This document shows, piece by piece, positions 59,942 to 64,000 of a stretch of DNA of 64,000 bases (position 1 is its first letter; each line of letters starts with the position of its first letter). The notes beneath the pieces are model-generated. The model saw only the letters and a list, made by a program, of their open reading frames with translations. It was not told where the DNA came from and did no database searches. The stretch comes from Ructibacterium sp. (GTDB taxonomy: Bacteria; Bacillota; Clostridia; Monoglobales; Monoglobaceae), in the NCBI GenBank assembly GCA_045649565.1, contig JAZRQC010000037.1:248-64247 (forward strand). The letters run 5' to 3'. A program made the translations under genes and the position numbers.

Positions 59942-62900
59942 CTATATTTTCACAGCCTTACCACAATGAAGAAAATACAGGTATCGTTCCTTAACCGGGC
60001 ATTCCAACACATCCGAAAGCCCCTTTGCATAATACTCCATCTGCAAACGATAAAACTCTGCACGTTCTTCTGATCGTTCTTCTGCAATCCGATCGGTTTT
60101 ATAATCGATCAAGACTACGCCATCGCCATCATAGAAGAAACAGTCAGAAATACCCTGCAACAAAATGGCTTCGTCTTTGTCATCCTCAGACAGGTTATCA
60201 TCCAGCACCGATGCCGGTATCTCCATATAGAAATCATACTCTCGTTCCACCTGTTCTGCCGCCTTTAATCTTTGTCCTAAGGGATGAACAAAAAATCCGT
60301 AAATCCCCTCCGGTGAAACTGCCGCTTTCTGCTTTTCTGTAATCAATCCTGCTGCAACCATTTCCTCTAACTGTCGGCAGACCTCTTCCAAGGTTCCTGT
60401 TCGACTAAAATCTATATGTTGCATCACATAGTGGGTGATGGTTCCTCGTTCCGACGCACCAATCTCCGTCATTTCACTCAGTACCACATCCCGTGTTTGC
60501 AACACGCTCTGTACATACTCATCCTCCGGCATATTCCGTCGCTTCATCTCGCTGATGGAAAGTTTTATCGGAACATGACCCAACATCTCATGGGGATATT
60601 GATAAGAAAGTCTATTAGAAACACTCTTATCTGAATCGCCTGTTTGCGATAAAGTCTTTTCCTCTGATGCCACGAAACTTCCTGTCACTTCCCCTTGAGG
60701 AACCTGATAACAAACGGAAAGGGGAAAATCCATCTGCAGATTCTGCCCTTCACATCCGGCAATTTCGCGAAGTTTCTTTCCTTCAGGATGCGCAAGCAGA
60801 CAAGACAGCGTCCATTCACGCATGGACTTTTGTCTGCGCAAAAGACCTTCCGGCAAGGGACCGCCAACATACGGCGCCGCCTTTTTCCATCCGTCATAAT
60901 GGGTTCCCACTGTGGTAGACAAAATCAACTTTTCCTTGGCACGGGTCAATGCCACATAGAAGATTCTCATTTCCTCTGCCCGAGAATCGCTGACAATCTG
61001 TCCATGTACCAACTTTTTCACAAGGTTTGGGTATCTTACCCGAAGGCGTGTATCCACATAATCCATGGCTACCCCTGCCTTTTCCTCCCAGATAATTCCT
61101 GCAGAGGCATCCCTTTCATTGAATTCTCCGTCCATACAACAAAGAATTACCACCGGGAACTCCAAACCCTTGGACTTGTGCACCGTCATAATGTTTACGG
61201 TATTTTCCTGATCGGAAAAATCCGTTCCAGCCTTCATATCCGCCTTTTCTTTCCGCAGATTTTCAATGTACAACATAAACTGGAACAATCCCTGAAGAGT
61301 GCCTTGTTCAAATTCTTCACCACGTTCATAGAGAAGATCCAAATTTCTCTGGCGCACCGTTCCTCCCGACATTGCCCCCACAAGGGTCCTATACTGCAGT
61401 TCATGACAAATACGGAAAATCAGGTGTCCCACACCTTTGCTTACCGCATCGTCACGAAGGCTTTCTAAAACATTCAAAAATTGCTTAACTCGCAAATTCC
61501 CTTCTTCTGCCGCAATCTGCAACGCCTCATAGAAAAGTCCCTTCGAACAAAGTCGTATTTGAGACAATTCCTCCGCCGTAAAGTTAAAAATAGCAGAACG
61601 AAGCACCGCCAGAAGTGGAATATCCTGTCTGGGGTTATCAATAATCTGCAGGAAACTCAGCACCGTCATAACTTCCAAAGAGTCAAGATACTGTTGACCC
61701 ACCTCAGACATGGTAGGAATGCCATACCCATTCAGCACCGCTTCCATCTCCTGAACACGACCCTTGTTCCGAACCAGAATCGTAATATCTCCCATACGAA
61801 CCGGCCTCGGCTCTTTGGTAACCGCATCCAGAACAGAAAGTTCCCCTTTGTCAACCATCCTTCGAATCCGCTTGGCAATCACCTCTGCCTCTGCCTTCGC
61901 CTTGGACGGTTCTTCCATGCTATTCTCCATGGCATCCTTCATGGCACCATAATCTGTAATCAGCAATTCGGTAGTATAATCATCTCCCGTTTGGGGATAT
62001 GTTGCACCGGGAATCAAGAATTCCTCCGGCGTATAATCCACACCACCGGTCTTCTTCGTCATGATATTGGAAAAAATGCCGTTTACCCCGTCTACCACCG
62101 TCTGTCGGCTTCGGAAATTATTGAAAAGACGAATACAAATACCACCGTCACCATTCAGATAACGACGATATTTTTCCGCAAATATATTCGGGTTTGCATT
62201 TCGGAATCGATAGATACTTTGTTTCAGGTCACCAACCATGAAGATATTACTCTCATCCTTGGACAACAGCCTGAAAATGGTATCCTGAATGTCATTGGTA
62301 TCCTGATATTCGTCCACCAGAATTTCCTCAAACCGCTCTCGCAACTGCAAAGCAATTCGGCTTGGCTCTCCGTGACGATTCACCAAAAGGCGAATCATTT
62401 CATGCTCCAGATCACCAAAATCCAGAAGGGATTTTTCACGCTTCATTGCTTTATGAAGTCTGCCTGTCTGTCGCACCAGTTTTTTCAGAACATCCACCCG
62501 TGGTGTACACTTTAACACCCGTTCCAACTTTTCAGGCTCCGTACTGTCTATAAGATTTTTCAATTCCTCCCATGAGGCTTTCAGCAAATTCTTTTTTACA
62601 CTGTCAATCCGAGCAAAAACCTCTTCGTCCACCCCTTTTTTAACAGGGGTTTTGGGAATATCAAAATGGATAATCCCATCCCTTATGATATCCCATGATA
62701 CGTCCGTCTTCATGATGGGTTCAAAGGTTTGGGAAAACCGTTGATATAACTCCTGATAATACTCAAAGTATTTATGATCCGAGGGGACATCTGCTTCTAC
62801 AATCTTCCAGATAAACTCATAACATCCCATCAAATCTGAAAGCAACTCCCTGCAACGACTTTGAAGCATCTGTGCCCAATCTGTCCCCTCCAAGGTTCCT

Positions 62901-63520
62901 TCCTTGGCCAATTGCTTGTACTGTTTCACCCCATAGGAAAGCCATTTTTCAGGGTAGGTGAGGCTTTGGCTGTAGTGGTACAGTTTCATAACGGTTTCCC
63001 GCAGGTTATCATCTGATTTGGTTCCGCCATAACCTAACACCAGATCCCGAAAGGCGTCTTTCGTTTCAATTCTCTGGTAATATTTTTCCAGCACCGCATC
63101 TAAGGCCTTGTTTTCCAAGACCTTGTTTTCCACATCATCTATCAAGGAGAAATCCACCGGCAGATCCGTTTGATGAATGTTGTTCTGCAGAATGGTTTTA
63201 CAAAAAGCATGCACGGTGGAAATGTGCGCCGACGAAACCATCAGAAGTTGATCCCGAATCCATCGATTGTTGGGTTCTAATCGCAACTTTTCTTCCAGCG
63301 CCGATGCAATTTTCCGCTTCATCTCTGCCGCCGCCGCTTCGGTAAAGGTCAACACCAAAAAGCGGTGTACCGGAATCGGGTTTTCCTCATCACAAATACG
63401 ACGGATAATACGTTCTACCAAAACCGCCGTCTTTCCGCTACCTGCCGCCGCTGCCACCAAAATGTTACTGCCCCGTTCCCGAATGGCACGAAGTTGTTCA
63501 TCTGTCCAGTTAACCGCCAT
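59942..63520 (-). CDS. addA: ATP-dependent helicase/nuclease subunit A
   Basis: The UvrD-type N-terminus is WTDEQLRAIRERGSNILVAAAAGSGKTAVLVERI, with the helicase motif VDEYQDTN. The C-terminal PD-(D/E)XK nuclease motif is QGISDCFFYDGDGVVLIDYKTD. Confidence 0.9.
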   Translation of the reverse strand: MAVNWTDEQLRAIRERGSNILVAAAAGSGKTAVLVERIIRRICDEENPIPVHRFLVLTFTEAAAAEMKRKIASALEEKLRLEPNNRWIRDQLLMVSSAHISTVHAFCKTILQNNIHQTDLPVDFSLIDDVENKVLENKALDAVLEKYYQRIETKDAFRDLVLGYGGTKSDDNLRETVMKLYHYSQSLTYPEKWLSYGVKQYKQLAKEGTLEGTDWAQMLQSRCRELLSDLMGCYEFIWKIVEADVPSDHKYFEYYQELYQRFSQTFEPIMKTDVSWDIIRDGIIHFDIPKTPVKKGVDEEVFARIDSVKKNLLKASWEELKNLIDSTEPEKLERVLKCTPRVDVLKKLVRQTGRLHKAMKREKSLLDFGDLEHEMIRLLVNRHGEPSRIALQLRERFEEILVDEYQDTNDIQDTIFRLLSKDESNIFMVGDLKQSIYRFRNANPNIFAEKYRRYLNGDGGICIRLFNNFRSRQTVVDGVNGIFSNIMTKKTGGVDYTPEEFLIPGATYPQTGDDYTTELLITDYGAMKDAMENSMEEPSKAKAEAEVIAKRIRRMVDKGELSVLDAVTKEPRPVRMGDITILVRNKGRVQEMEAVLNGYGIPTMSEVGQQYLDSLEVMTVLSFLQIIDNPRQDIPLLAVLRSAIFNFTAEELSQIRLCSKGLFYEALQIAAEEGNLRVKQFLNVLESLRDDAVSKGVGHLIFRICHELQYRTLVGAMSGGTVRQRNLDLLYERGEEFEQGTLQGLFQFMLYIENLRKEKADMKAGTDFSDQENTVNIMTVHKSKGLEFPVVILCCMDGEFNERDASAGIIWEEKAGVAMDYVDTRLRVRYPNLVKKLVHGQIVSDSRAEEMRIFYVALTRAKEKLILSTTVGTHYDGWKKAAPYVGGPLPEGLLRRQKSMREWTLSCLLAHPEGKKLREIAGCEGQNLQMDFPLSVCYQVPQGEVTGSFVASEEKTLSQTGDSDKSVSNRLSYQYPHEMLGHVPIKLSISEMKRRNMPEDEYVQSVLQTRDVVLSEMTEIGASERGTITHYVMQHIDFSRTGTLEEVCRQLEEMVAAGLITEKQKAAVSPEGIYGFFVHPLGQRLKAAEQVEREYDFYMEIPASVLDDNLSEDDKDEAILLQGISDCFFYDGDGVVLIDYKTDRIAEERSEERAEFYRLQMEYYAKGLSDVLECPVKERYLYFLHCGKAVKI

Positions 63521-63581
63521 AAGCGTGTCTCCTTTCTTCTTTTGTTTATTACTTCAAACTCTCCTCTGCGGAGATTTTTCT

Positions 63582-63989
63582 CTAATTCTTTGCTTTTTTC
63601 CAATCCAATCGCACCATAGCAATCACAATGGAAACCATCACAAAAACATTGCCTGCTACCGAGCCGTATGCTCCATTTGCCAAATTGTAAATCAACCAAA
63701 AAGGTGCGGCAAACAAGGAAAGAATTCGTATATTCTTTTCCTTGGTCAACCACATGGCAGTGATTTCAAAAACAATTCCTAAAATCGCAAATATACTGAA
63801 AATATTTTCATACAAGGCAAGCCCTACTGCCACCAATAACAGGTTAATCCCAATAATAATGACACCAAAATACTTTGCAACAAAAGCTTTTTCCTTTTGC
63901 CCTGCAAAGAAGGAAAACAAAAATCCCATAAAATCCAGAACGGCTCCTTCAAAGGCTCCGAGCAGGATATATTGCAGTATGTATAACAT
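63582..63989 (-). CDS. YgjV-like small integral membrane protein (N-terminus may lie beyond the window edge)
   Basis: It is hydrophobic throughout. The block ILSLFAAPFWLIYNLANGAYGSVAGNVF resembles the YgjV family signature. No in-frame stop lies between the first ATG and the window end. Confidence 0.55.
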   Translation of the reverse strand: MLYILQYILLGAFEGAVLDFMGFLFSFFAGQKEKAFVAKYFGVIIIGINLLLVAVGLALYENIFSIFAILGIVFEITAMWLTKEKNIRILSLFAAPFWLIYNLANGAYGSVAGNVFVMVSIVIAMVRLDWKKAKN

Positions 63990-64000
63990 ACGTGATGTCA

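Overview
This 64-kb chromosomal window appears to come from an endospore-forming Firmicute, probably Clostridia-like. That inference rests on spoIIGA-sigE, rex, many SLH-anchored proteins, strong AGGAGG-type ribosome-binding sites (RBSs) and a moderate GC content judged by eye. All family assignments are by-eye motif recognition; no BLAST, HMM or structure searches were run. Left third (1-21 kb): the aconitase 3-prime end, an isocitrate-dehydrogenase-family gene, an SLH-anchored M15 peptidase, rex, fba and a CNNM/CorC transporter. These are interleaved with AraC-associated catabolic genes: an HpcH aldolase, an aldo/keto reductase, an amidohydrolase, a class-III aminotransferase, an acyl-CoA ligase, two Gfo/Idh/MocA oxidoreductases and a GH78-like hydrolase. 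Middle (21-31 kb): murA, sigE-spoIIGA, a MATE exporter and a CUT1-type ABC sugar importer with two paralogous ~540-aa binding proteins. Right part (31.6-57.7 kb, about 40 percent of the window): two tandem, diverged copies of a three-gene cassette on the minus strand, A1-B1-C1 and A2-B2-C2. All six products are large secreted wall-anchored proteins. A is 1488-1903 aa, with repeated ConA/LamG-like modules and three C-terminal SLH domains. B is ~900 aa, with N-terminal SLH domains and an unassigned body. C is ~1500 aa, with ConA-like and Ig-like modules, an Asp-box beta-propeller and a C-terminal copper-amine-oxidase-N-like domain. Each cassette has its own divergent regulator (XRE-type or AraC-type), and a truncated A-like remnant lies downstream of cassette 1. 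I know of no named system matching this triad, and it is the main candidate for something undescribed. The right edge carries a diacylglycerol glycosyltransferase, addA and a YgjV-like membrane protein. I recognised no rRNA, tRNA, CRISPR array, transposase, integrase or phage genes.
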